This document shows, one piece after another, positions 16,369 to 25,469 of a DNA stretch of 64,000 bases; positions within the stretch are counted from its first letter, which is position 1; each line of letters begins with the position of its first letter. The notes beneath the pieces were generated by a model. The model worked only from the letters and a program-made list of their open reading frames with translations. It had not been told where the DNA came from and ran no database searches. Source of the DNA: a virus (Duplodnaviria > Caudoviricetes). The stretch covers positions 1 through 64,000 of the IMG/VR virus record IMGVR_UViG_3300002220_000003, one strand, 5' to 3'. Both the position numbers and the translations under genes were made by a program.

Positions 16369-19300
16369 TTATATCACCCCTTTTCCTATCTGATATATTT
16401 TATCAGCAAAAACCTTAATTCCATCAAAAAAGATTTGTTTATTATTTGGATTGTGCAAAACGGCTGATGGATGAACGCACCAGCAAACCCATGCCCCAAT
16501 ATCTTCGATCCACTCGATTGTACCACTCTTATCCATAATACCCTTATCTCTGCCAGCAAGAGCTTTTAATCCTGTATTACCAAATGCCAATATAAAACGA
16601 GCATCAATCATTTTCAATTCATTCAAAAGCCATGGTTTACAAATATTGATCTGCTCCATGGTTGGAGTCCGGGTCAGTCTCGGATAACATTTGACAATAT
16701 TTGTAACATGGAATAATTCTCTCGGGAGATCATATTTATCAAGCTCACCCCAAAGCAAGTCGCCAGATCGACCGACAAATCCTTTACCCTGTTCATCCTC
16801 TTCTTTACCGGGGCCTTCACCTACAATGGCCATATTAAATTTACCCTCTGATGGCAAAACCGGCCCTTTGCACTCTTGTCTTAATGGACATTTAGTGCAA
16901 TCGGCAAGCGATCTATCACTGAAGCTCGCTGTCCTGATCAACCCTTTCATAAAAAAATTCATCGAAATAAGATCGTCTAAATTATTGGAATGACCTCTTG
17001 TTAATCGCTGAAGTTTGATATAATTATCACTACGAACAAGATCAATATCGAAGGTAAAATAAGATTGAAGATCCTTTGCCTGCGGGGTATTTCCGAAAGC
17101 ACCAATATCATTTAAAATCTTTGTAATTTTTGTTGATCTTACTACCGTATTTTTAGCGGCGAAAAATCCCGAAACAGATTTTGATTGTTTTGAATCAACG
17201 CATTGCTGCGCCCCCTTATCACCGATCCCTTTAATCTCGAGAAATGGAGCATATAAAACATTTTCTTTAACGATCCATTTATCGGCCTGAGAAACACCAA
17301 CTTGAGGCAACATAACTTTACATCCCAATCGCCTTGCCTCCCTGACCAATTCTTCCTTTTTGCTTTCGGGGCTATATGTAAGGGCGGCACAAATGAACTC
17401 AGTAGGATAGTAATGCTTCACCCATGAACACCAATATGCAAGCATAGCATACGCAACCGAATGTGATTTATTAAAACTATATGATGCATGTGCTTCGAGC
17501 ATTTGCCAAAAATCCTCAGCCTCTATCCCATCAAACATCCCCTGCTTCAAACATCCATCAATGAAAGATTGCTTATATTGAGCAAATTCCTTAACATCTC
17601 TTTTTTTACTTATAATCTTTCGAATCTTATCTGCCGTAGGATATGAAAGCCCTGCAATCTTATGGATCACCTGCATCACTTGCTCTTGATAGATAATAAT
17701 TCCATATGTATCCTTAACAATCTCCTCATATTTAGGGTGTTTTCCTTTCCATTTCTTACCATTGTGACGATCAATATACTCCTGAGTCATACCCGAATCA
17801 GACGGGCCGGGGCGGACAAGTGCAAGGATATCTGACAACATATCAAAATCCTCAACCTTCACTTGTTGACACATCTTTGTCCCGCCATAGGTATTTACCT
17901 GAAAAACTCCAACGGTATTTCCTTCCGCCAGATCCTTAAAAACATCTGGATCAGTAGGTTTAAGCAAAGCAAAATCCAAATCTATCTCTATCAATTCATC
18001 TGTAAGATCATCTCTATTGCCGGCCAAATAACAACAAGACTCAGGATGGTATAAAAATACTTTTTGATCACTTTCAGATATTAGCCTTTTAACCTCATTC
18101 AAAACCGTCAAAGTATTAAGCCCGAGAATATCGAGCTTCATCAAACCAACATATTCACTATCTTCCATATCCCAATTTGAAACAATCATTTGTGATCTTA
18201 TAGCAAGATTGCCCCTGGATCCCTGAGTAAGATCATCGGCGGATACCACGCAGGCTGCGGCATGTTGCCCGGCCCCCCTGATCTGTCCCTCCAATTCCAT
18301 TGCCAGATTAGTCTCATCAGAATATTTTTTATAAAATCTTCGCCCTTCCGGAGTATCAAGAGCACTCTCAATAACACCCTCATCTTTATCAGAGGCATCA
18401 AGAATCTTTGCGAAAGGATCGACATCTTCTAATGGTATATCAAACACGCGGGCGACATCTCGTATCGCAGCCCGGCCCTTCATTGTCAAAAAAGTAGATA
18501 TAGACGAAATATTATTTTTACCATACAATTCTTCAAGATGCTCCCGAATCAAGGCCCTTTTATTATCGGGAAAATCCATATCAATATCAGGATAATCAAT
18601 CCTTTCCTCTGATATAAAACGGGAGAAAAGCAAATTATATTTTATTGGATCGATGGTTGTAATGTCAAGTAGATAAGCCAATAAAGAACCACCAACCGAT
18701 CCTCTTCCCGGCCCCATCATAATCCCCTGATCATTACACCAATCTACAATCTCCTTAACGATCAAAAAATAACCAACAAATTTCTTACTCTTGATCAACT
18801 GCCACTCATCCATCAAACGATCATAATACATATCATATTTTTTTTGCGGCCAGTTTGCCGATTTATATTCAAGACTGGCCCGTGCTTCGTTCAATAAATA
18901 CGACTCGACATCCTTCCTTTCAAACCCGGGAACTATCGGCAAATAAATATCCTGCTTTTTAATTCTAAAATCACAACATTTTTTGGCAATATCTATCGTT
19001 GATCGGATTCCTTCATTGATTTCTGATTTAGTTAAAATCCCCTGCTTCTCAAAAGCCTTTACCATTTGTTGCTCTGATCTGAGAAATAAGCCTTCGATCC
19101 CAAAACGATATCTTGCCGGATCCGACCATTTTGCCTTTGTTTGGATTGCCAATAAGACCTCTTGTGTTTGGGCCTGAGTCTCAAGAATATAATGACAATC
19201 ATTTGTCGCAACCAACGGGACATCATACTTATCTGCCAACGATACACATAATTGATTAACTCGTATCTGATCATTAATAGAATGAGGCATAACCTCTAAA

Positions 19301-19794
19301 TATAAATCATCTCGAACAACCCTCAATAAATCCCTGAAAAAATCTCTTCCTCCTGGTTGATTCAAAAAAGTCATTGCACAGCCGGTCATAATCACCAGCC
19401 CCCGACAATAATTAAATAGATCCTGATACCCTATCCGGGGTTTATAATAGAAACCATCAAGATTAGCAATCGTCAATAATCTACAAAGATTTTTCCATCC
19501 CTGATCATTTTTAACCAGCACAACTATATGGCCTCTGACATCGCCCTTTTCTTTAATCGATGCATCCGGGACAATATATAACTCGGATCCCAATACTGGC
19601 TTAATGCCCTGCTTATCACAAGCCTTTTGAAATTTAATAAGCCCATCAATCGATGCATGATCTGTACAGGCAAGATATTCCATACCGATCTCTTTTGCCC
19701 TATCAACATACATTTCGGCACTTCCAAATCCATCTAATAAAGAATATTGGCTATGAAGATGAAGATGACAAAATTTCCCTGTCGTCACGATCAT
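16369..19794 (-). CDS. dnaE: DNA polymerase III alpha (family C) fused to a C-terminal family-4 uracil-DNA glycosylase
   Basis: PHP HLHLHSQYSLLDG/TDH/NDCH, GPGRGSVGGSL, PDIDMDF, HAAA, KLDILGL, YSFNKSHS, HhH IKGIG. UDG4 follows: CTKC..C, VGEGPG..E....GFVGRSG, TNIVKC, HPSA. Confidence 0.95.
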   Translation of the reverse strand: MIVTTGKFCHLHLHSQYSLLDGFGSAEMYVDRAKEIGMEYLACTDHASIDGLIKFQKACDKQGIKPVLGSELYIVPDASIKEKGDVRGHIVVLVKNDQGWKNLCRLLTIANLDGFYYKPRIGYQDLFNYCRGLVIMTGCAMTFLNQPGGRDFFRDLLRVVRDDLYLEVMPHSINDQIRVNQLCVSLADKYDVPLVATNDCHYILETQAQTQEVLLAIQTKAKWSDPARYRFGIEGLFLRSEQQMVKAFEKQGILTKSEINEGIRSTIDIAKKCCDFRIKKQDIYLPIVPGFERKDVESYLLNEARASLEYKSANWPQKKYDMYYDRLMDEWQLIKSKKFVGYFLIVKEIVDWCNDQGIMMGPGRGSVGGSLLAYLLDITTIDPIKYNLLFSRFISEERIDYPDIDMDFPDNKRALIREHLEELYGKNNISSISTFLTMKGRAAIRDVARVFDIPLEDVDPFAKILDASDKDEGVIESALDTPEGRRFYKKYSDETNLAMELEGQIRGAGQHAAACVVSADDLTQGSRGNLAIRSQMIVSNWDMEDSEYVGLMKLDILGLNTLTVLNEVKRLISESDQKVFLYHPESCCYLAGNRDDLTDELIEIDLDFALLKPTDPDVFKDLAEGNTVGVFQVNTYGGTKMCQQVKVEDFDMLSDILALVRPGPSDSGMTQEYIDRHNGKKWKGKHPKYEEIVKDTYGIIIYQEQVMQVIHKIAGLSYPTADKIRKIISKKRDVKEFAQYKQSFIDGCLKQGMFDGIEAEDFWQMLEAHASYSFNKSHSVAYAMLAYWCSWVKHYYPTEFICAALTYSPESKKEELVREARRLGCKVMLPQVGVSQADKWIVKENVLYAPFLEIKGIGDKGAQQCVDSKQSKSVSGFFAAKNTVVRSTKITKILNDIGAFGNTPQAKDLQSYFTFDIDLVRSDNYIKLQRLTRGHSNNLDDLISMNFFMKGLIRTASFSDRSLADCTKCPLRQECKGPVLPSEGKFNMAIVGEGPGKEEDEQGKGFVGRSGDLLWGELDKYDLPRELFHVTNIVKCYPRLTRTPTMEQINICKPWLLNELKMIDARFILAFGNTGLKALAGRDKGIMDKSGTIEWIEDIGAWVCWCVHPSAVLHNPNNKQIFFDGIKVFADKIYQIGKGVI

Positions 19795-19942
19795 TTACCT
19801 CCTTCAAATATCCCAACCAATCAATATGAAAATGGGCTTGATCATTATGATAATAAAACGAGAACAATCTATTGGCCCCATGTTCTACTAATTGCTTATC
19901 TCTTGTCGGTGTTGCGGTATTGCCTGCGAAATATATTATCAT
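19751..19942 (-). CDS. Small protein paralogous to the N-terminal module of the DpdA-like protein
   Basis: MIIYFAGN...NRLFSFYY. Confidence 0.6.
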   Translation of the reverse strand: MIIYFAGNTATPTRDKQLVEHGANRLFSFYYHNDQAHFHIDWLGYLKEVNDRDDREILSSSSS

Positions 19943-20081
19943 CTTTTTGAGAATCCTTTTTCCTTAATTCAAGTTCACCTACATTGGATTTGATCCAATA
20001 ATATGACATCAATCGATTAACAGATAAAAGTAAATTGCGATGCCATGTCGCTGTCACATTTGCCGCGAAATAAAGAATCAT
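19896..20081 (-). CDS. Small protein paralogous to the N-terminal module of the DpdA-like protein
   Basis: MILYFAAN...NRLMSYYW; ATGA-coupled to the dnaN stop. Confidence 0.65.
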   Translation of the reverse strand: MILYFAANVTATWHRNLLLSVNRLMSYYWIKSNVGELELRKKDSQKDDNIFRRQYRNTDKR

Positions 20082-21100
20082 TTATCCGCCATTTTAACTA
20101 CAACAAGATGGCGGAAATTCTTAGAGATAAAAAGTATCCGCCCCGATCCATACATAACTTTACGCGTCTTCTCAAGTATTTTAAGAAGAAACAATGGATT
20201 GATGGAAAATCTTATCGGCTCTTTCAATTTGATACCAGCCTCAAACATCAATTCCAACCATGCAATATTATTTTCCCCCCGGCAGACAATAGATCCTTCT
20301 GCAATTTCGATTTCAATAAGTTTCTCGGCATCGGTCTCTCCCTGTGCAACCGTTAAGGTCGCCTCCGCAGCCGCCTTTAACTCTTCAGGCAGCTCAAATT
20401 TGACTCCTTCAAAATCAAAATAGACATCTGTTTCCGGATACTCCATACCTGCCAACAATTGAGCACAAAACAGGGTTTCATCTTTGGCTTCAAAAAACGA
20501 CCATCCATCAACGATGCAAAATCTGACTATCTCGTAATTAAGAAGCTCCTGAACGATAGTGGCCGGGATGAGAAATGATTCCCCGATATCATCTTTGAAA
20601 ATATATTGGCTGATCCTCAAATTATCACTCGAGATCACTGCATCATGATCGACATACAGGCCAGTCAACCGGGGATTGCTCATATCTTTGGACGCAGAGA
20701 AAACACATAATTCTAATCCCTGCATGAAATCATCTGTAATCGATCTCCACTTTTTCTTTTTTGAAAGAAGAAGGCTGATCTCCTTCGTCAAATCTTCGCC
20801 TGTCTGCGTTAATATACCTCCCCGGGTTTTGCCTGCCCGGATGACCATCTTATCATTTTTTAGGGAAATATCCATCTCACCGTCAGGGATTTTATCAAGG
20901 ATTTTATAAAATTGTTCCGCCGGAATCGAGCAGGCAAAGTCCGTAGGAAATTTATGGACAATGCAAATATGATCATTGAAAGTACAAATCTCATCTCCGG
21001 TAAAAATGAAATGGGTTTGCTGCTCGACAATCGCTTTTTTTGCAAGGCCCGGCCTCACCATCTTCAATGCACTAATCATTTTTTCTTTTTCTATTTTCAC
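20078..21100 (-). CDS. dnaN: DNA polymerase III beta sliding clamp
   Basis: Three-domain beta-clamp pattern (SASKDMSNPRLTG, SSDNLRIS, FSINPLFLLKIL). GTG start at 21100 after SD AGGAGG. Confidence 0.8.
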   Translation of the reverse strand: MKIEKEKMISALKMVRPGLAKKAIVEQQTHFIFTGDEICTFNDHICIVHKFPTDFACSIPAEQFYKILDKIPDGEMDISLKNDKMVIRAGKTRGGILTQTGEDLTKEISLLLSKKKKWRSITDDFMQGLELCVFSASKDMSNPRLTGLYVDHDAVISSDNLRISQYIFKDDIGESFLIPATIVQELLNYEIVRFCIVDGWSFFEAKDETLFCAQLLAGMEYPETDVYFDFEGVKFELPEELKAAAEATLTVAQGETDAEKLIEIEIAEGSIVCRGENNIAWLELMFEAGIKLKEPIRFSINPLFLLKILEKTRKVMYGSGRILFISKNFRHLVVVKMADK

Positions 21101-21263
21101 TTTTTCCTCCTTTATAAAATCCATCTCTTACATAATTCTCAACAAAATCCCGGGTAGCATCTCTGAGAAAATAATATGACATCAATCTTCGAGAAGCCTT
21201 TACTTTAGTTAAAGTTACCCCTTGATCGCCCTCCAACCACGTAGCAAAATATATACGCATCAT
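21072..21263 (-). CDS. Small protein paralogous to the N-terminal module of the DpdA-like protein
   Basis: MRIYFATW...RRLMSYYF; ATGA-coupled to the dpdA-like stop. Confidence 0.65.
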   Translation of the reverse strand: MMRIYFATWLEGDQGVTLTKVKASRRLMSYYFLRDATRDFVENYVRDGFYKGGKSENRKRKND

Positions 21264-22369
21264 CCCTCCTGCAACAAACCAAATCCTTTAACTCCCCTGC
21301 GGGTATAGGGCCACGGCCACGGCGGCAAACTCTTTTCCAAATCGCAGAAAAAAATTATATTCATCTCGTCCCGCTGTTTATAATCATTAAACACACCGGG
21401 CTCAATAATGATCTCGACATAAGGTTCACCTTTTTCATTTTTACCATGGATAAGATATTCCCCCGGGACATACTCGCCTGCATCTACAACATCTTGTCTG
21501 AGTAATTGGGCATCTTCAACATTATACCATCTCTCATTCTCCTTGAGCTTATATCCCTTCTCAACAACCTTGAATTCCGATTTACCCATTTTAAAACCCT
21601 TGCTCTCGATATAATTCAAAATCATTCTCTGTTGGCTTGCACTCAAAGTAGAAAAATGCTGCCCTTCGACTTTCTTACCCGGCGACTGGGAAGATACGGT
21701 AATTTTCCAAGTATTTTCATCATAAACCCATTTGCCATTTTTATAAACAGGAACATAAATCGATCCAAATCTTCCCGTCAAAACCCAACTCGTTGAATCA
21801 GCGGAATACCACGGATATTTAACCATAATCTCCAATGATGTGATAGCAAATCCATGAACCTTAACTTTTGGCAGCCTGTCAGGAGTATCACAGATAATAT
21901 CCCAACAATCGTTCATCCATTGCTTGAGATGAGAACGATCTTTATCTTTTGCTACACCCCCGAGTGCAAGATAATCATAATTCTTAATGTAATAGTGCAG
22001 GTATTTCCAATCTTCCCCCCGATGAAAACAAGGCAAAGGTGTCAGTCCTGCGTCTTCCATTATCTGTTGATTTTTAAGGGTCTGTTCTGCATCACCAATA
22101 ACATCAAGGTTAGAATATATCGTAATGTCCTCTTTATGATTATTGATAAAATCAATGTAGTCATAAATATCGATCTTCGCCCCCTTGCTCATTGCAGAGT
22201 ATGCACCACTGTCCAAAAAGAGAGAAAGTTTTTTCATCGTTTTCCTCCTATACTCAAGTTCTCTTGTATTTTTATTAATAAACACAAATGAAAAAAGCCT
22301 ATCAAATTCAGACAAGATTTTAATCGTCTGCAATTTAGGATTATTGTTCCCGGCAAAATAAATCTCCAT
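21260..22369 (-). CDS. dpdA: TGT-fold DNA/tRNA-guanine transglycosylase-like protein (DpdA-like 7-deazaguanine insertase)
   Basis: LFLDSGAYS, NLDVIGD, PCFH.GE, LALGG, KVHGFA, SADSTSW; clustered with que genes. Possible second start MKKLSLFLDSG after an internal SD. Confidence 0.72.
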   Translation of the reverse strand: MEIYFAGNNNPKLQTIKILSEFDRLFSFVFINKNTRELEYRRKTMKKLSLFLDSGAYSAMSKGAKIDIYDYIDFINNHKEDITIYSNLDVIGDAEQTLKNQQIMEDAGLTPLPCFHRGEDWKYLHYYIKNYDYLALGGVAKDKDRSHLKQWMNDCWDIICDTPDRLPKVKVHGFAITSLEIMVKYPWYSADSTSWVLTGRFGSIYVPVYKNGKWVYDENTWKITVSSQSPGKKVEGQHFSTLSASQQRMILNYIESKGFKMGKSEFKVVEKGYKLKENERWYNVEDAQLLRQDVVDAGEYVPGEYLIHGKNEKGEPYVEIIIEPGVFNDYKQRDEMNIIFFCDLEKSLPPWPWPYTRRGVKGFGLLQEG

Positions 22370-22523
22370 CCTTTATTATATCATGATTTTTTTTAACCCA
22401 GTCAAATATTATATCTTCCCGGCATTCTTGTCTGTCGATCTCATAAAAATCGACCTTAAAAGAAATAGTCCCCGGATAATTTTTCTACCTCTGGAATAGT
22501 GTGTCGAATAGTAAAATATGTTA

Positions 22524-23000
22524 TCATTTCTTTTTTGGCCAGATAAGAGGCAAAACCAACAATCCTGATGCATATTTAATCACCGCCTGTCCCCAAATTG
22601 CCGGCCACACCCAGCCAAATGCAAGGGTCACAAAAACTATCGAATCCAATGGACATGAAAATATATTCGAAATATAAATCCTCTTATGAAATGGAAGCCC
22701 TGATACCTTAAAAACAAACCAATCCACGGATTCCGAAATAACAAATGCGGCAAAAGATGCAAGGGCCAAATGAAGATTAAAACAAACCGTAATCACCGAT
22801 GCCAAACCCATCCATATCCATGTTTGCCAATCGCCCCAAAACCTCTGAACAAAATCGCGAAACGAAAAGGTCAAACCAATAAAAACTACCCCGGCGGGAA
22901 AGGTCAGCCCGGCAACCTTTATAATCCCCAGCCAATTAACAAAAATATTGCCGAGCAGTATGCTTGCCAGATAAAGAAACCCCCAATACCATTTATTCAT
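22524..23000 (-). CDS. yhhQ: Queuosine-precursor transporter (YhhQ/VUT, DUF165)
   Basis: Multi-pass membrane protein with PAG..F.GLTF..RD..Q, AS..AF..SE..DW and SN......DS..F..LAF. Confidence 0.85.
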   Translation of the reverse strand: MNKWYWGFLYLASILLGNIFVNWLGIIKVAGLTFPAGVVFIGLTFSFRDFVQRFWGDWQTWIWMGLASVITVCFNLHLALASFAAFVISESVDWFVFKVSGLPFHKRIYISNIFSCPLDSIVFVTLAFGWVWPAIWGQAVIKYASGLLVLPLIWPKKK

Positions 23001-23026
23001 TTTTACCTCCAATCATTTATTATCAT

Positions 23027-23971
23027 TTATCCCCTGTCTATCCTTGCAAGAAATTCCATCTTGCAATTATTTCTATTCTCGGCGAAATATCCCCTGACGG
23101 CAATAGCCTCATATGGGGAATTCCATTTTTTGACACCCCTCATTTCTTTGCAAAGATGCCGGGCCTTCATGATCAAGATCAATCCTTTTGGATTGAGCTC
23201 TTTTTCAAGATCCCTGACAACCTCATCAACGAGCCTCTCGGCGATCTGCAACTTGCCGGCATAATAATCAATGATACGAGATATCTTTGACGCACCCAAA
23301 ATCCACTTATCTGGAATATATCCAAAATAATATTGACCAAAAAATGGAATAATATGATGCTCGCAAAATGAAAAGAAATACCCTTCGTCCCGGAGCATCT
23401 CATCATATTGCACCCCATCCTGACCATTCGGCACTACTGTCATCTTTGGCCGGCGAGTAGGATCATAACCCTGAAAAAACTCCTCATACATCCTTATCAC
23501 CCTACCGGGAGTTTCTACAAGGCCGGGTCTCATCGGATCATCCCCAATAAACTCAATAAGCCTTGTAATAATGTCTGTGCCGGCGATCTCCTGCATTTCC
23601 CACGGATAAATGATCCATTGATCATCAATAATATTTGCGGATAATGTTAAACGATGTGATAAAGATGCAGATTTAATATCATCCTGCAATCTTCTGGAGT
23701 GCAGACAAATGAAATCATGATGAGGAAACTTAAACCGGGTTTTTCCCGAATCAACGACATCATCACAAACCAGAACAAAATCCTGATTTGCCAAGGTCTG
23801 ATCAAGATCAAATATGGGTAAATCCAACCTCTCCGACAAAGCAACCGCAAGGGATACCCCTCCACGCGGAATCCCATAAACCCCAATATACTTACCACGA
23901 TCAATTTTCTTAATCAAAGTATCAACATCTGAACGAAAATTATCCCATGAATAAATCAACTTCTCTCCCAT
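23027..23971 (-). CDS. folE: Type I phosphoribosyltransferase (Gpt-like) fused to GTP cyclohydrolase I
   Basis: N-terminal GIPRGG and VLVCDDVVDSGKT (PRPP loop); C-terminal GLVETPGRV, FSFCEHHIIPFFG, GASKISR, ARHLCKEMRG. Confidence 0.9.
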   Translation of the reverse strand: MGEKLIYSWDNFRSDVDTLIKKIDRGKYIGVYGIPRGGVSLAVALSERLDLPIFDLDQTLANQDFVLVCDDVVDSGKTRFKFPHHDFICLHSRRLQDDIKSASLSHRLTLSANIIDDQWIIYPWEMQEIAGTDIITRLIEFIGDDPMRPGLVETPGRVIRMYEEFFQGYDPTRRPKMTVVPNGQDGVQYDEMLRDEGYFFSFCEHHIIPFFGQYYFGYIPDKWILGASKISRIIDYYAGKLQIAERLVDEVVRDLEKELNPKGLILIMKARHLCKEMRGVKKWNSPYEAIAVRGYFAENRNNCKMEFLARIDRG

Positions 23972-23973
23972 CT

Positions 23974-24648
23974 CTACCTCCCAATAGATAATAAAGGATC
24001 AACAATTCCATACTCGGCAAAACCTTTTGCCCTGAGTTTGCACGCAGGACATTCACCACATGGCGGCCGCTTCCCATTATAACAAGTATGGGTATAGGCA
24101 TACCAATCCAGATTACCGGTCATCTCCATACAAGCAATTATTTCTGCCTTCGACAGATTCATCAAAGGGGTATGGATCGTCATATCAGGCGCAGACAATC
24201 CTTTTTGCAATGTCTCCTGAAGCGACCTTATCGTTGAGTATCGGCAATCAGGATATCCGGAATAATCGGTCTGACAAACTCCCGTAAAAATATCCCGGAT
24301 TCCCAAAGTATATGCAAGGGCGGCGGCGAAAGTAATAAAAACAATATTTCTCCCGGGAACAAACGACGAAGGCAAGGATCGATCATTGGGATGTTCGGCA
24401 TTAATGTCCGTATCTTGATTTAAAAGATTGCTCTTGATTAATGAGGAAAAACTATTAATCGGAACGACATGATGAATAGCACCTGCAAGAAAGGATAATT
24501 TCTCCGCACACTCAAGTTCTATTCGATGTCGCTGTCCATAGTCAAATGAGATCGTATGAATTGGTTGCCACGCATCACTGCTTTTAATAATCGATAAACA
24601 AGTAGCCGAATCCTGACCGCCAGACAATACAACAACCACTCCCTTCAT
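23974..24648 (-). CDS. queC: 7-cyano-7-deazaguanine (preQ0) synthase
   Basis: VLSGGQDSATC, FDYGQRH, VPGRNIVF, DYSGYPDCR, TCY.G..PPCGECPAC..R. Confidence 0.96.
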   Translation of the reverse strand: MKGVVVVLSGGQDSATCLSIIKSSDAWQPIHTISFDYGQRHRIELECAEKLSFLAGAIHHVVPINSFSSLIKSNLLNQDTDINAEHPNDRSLPSSFVPGRNIVFITFAAALAYTLGIRDIFTGVCQTDYSGYPDCRYSTIRSLQETLQKGLSAPDMTIHTPLMNLSKAEIIACMEMTGNLDWYAYTHTCYNGKRPPCGECPACKLRAKGFAEYGIVDPLLSIGR

Positions 24649-24699
24649 CGTTCCTCCTTATCAAAATTTTATTGAGATCATCTTATATTATATCCTAAA

Positions 24700-24735
24700 A
24701 ATAAAAAGGCGATCAAAAAATCTGATCGCCTTTTC
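24700..24735 (-). terminator. Rho-independent terminator
   Basis: AAAAGGCGATC / GATCGCCTTTT inverted repeat with a U tract on the minus strand. Confidence 0.8.
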
Positions 24736-24750
24736 CATGAGGAAGGATCG

Positions 24751-25374
24751 TTACTTTGTCTTCAGGGCCAATGTCCCTTTTTCATCGTCACGGACAAACT
24801 TGATCTTGCGCTCTTTTTCCATCCGCGAAGGATTGCCGCCGAGCTGCACCGCAACCGTTTTCTTCATTTTGTCCTCTTCGCGATCGGGGAACAATTTGAC
24901 GAGCTTTGCAAGGATCTTGTCCTTTGTGACCGGGCCATCTTTGGTGATAATATCGAGAATGCTTGAGATCACACCAGGACCTTTTTCTTTCTTGTCCTTC
25001 GGAGCCTTCGGGGCTTTAGGGGCCTTGTCCTTCGGAGCCTTCGGGGCTTTATCGGCCTTATCGGCAGCCTTTTTGTCCTTGCCCTTGTCGGCGACGGCCT
25101 TTTCTTCCTGATCGATGATATCGTTGTACAAAGTCAGAGCGGCTTTAGGGCCGGGAAATTTCCCGTCAACATCTTCGATCTTGCCCATTGCAGCCATGAA
25201 GCTCTTCAAAATCGTCTCTTTGTCAACACCAACCAACTTGATCTTCTCGCCGAGCAACCCTGATTCGTTCAGGGCCACAACCGCTTCCCTTAAATCTTTG
25301 AATTTTACATCTACCGCTTTTTCCATAATGATGCCTCCCTTTGATTTGATTTTATTTTGTTTCTCCTGCCTCAT
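24751..25374 (-). CDS. Lys/Ala/Pro-rich histone-like protein with a C-terminal winged-helix-like domain
   Basis: KAPKAPKD repeats (28-bp duplication at 24991-25018 and 25024-25051). Has its own promoter and terminator. Possible starts are a leaderless ATG at 25374 or an SD-led ATG at 25326. Confidence 0.65.
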   Translation of the reverse strand: MRQEKQNKIKSKGGIIMEKAVDVKFKDLREAVVALNESGLLGEKIKLVGVDKETILKSFMAAMGKIEDVDGKFPGPKAALTLYNDIIDQEEKAVADKGKDKKAADKADKAPKAPKDKAPKAPKAPKDKKEKGPGVISSILDIITKDGPVTKDKILAKLVKLFPDREEDKMKKTVAVQLGGNPSRMEKERKIKFVRDDEKGTLALKTK

Positions 25375-25440
25375 GTTATAATTATATCATGTTTTAAGGG
25401 AATGTCAACACTTTTTTTCACTTTTTTTAAACTTTTTTTT
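25375..25440 (-). promoter_or_regulatory. Sigma70-type early promoter P2
   Basis: TTGACA (25408-25403), 16 bp, TGATATAAT ending at 25381; same design as P1 and P3. Confidence 0.8.
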
Positions 25441-25469
25441 ATGTGTCATAACTCCCTACAATCATTAAA

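Noticed and set aside
24649-24750. preQ1 riboswitch upstream of queC (also checked upstream of queD and yhhQ)
   Set aside because: No preQ1 consensus is visible; the region holds only a terminator, a -10-like motif and an SD.
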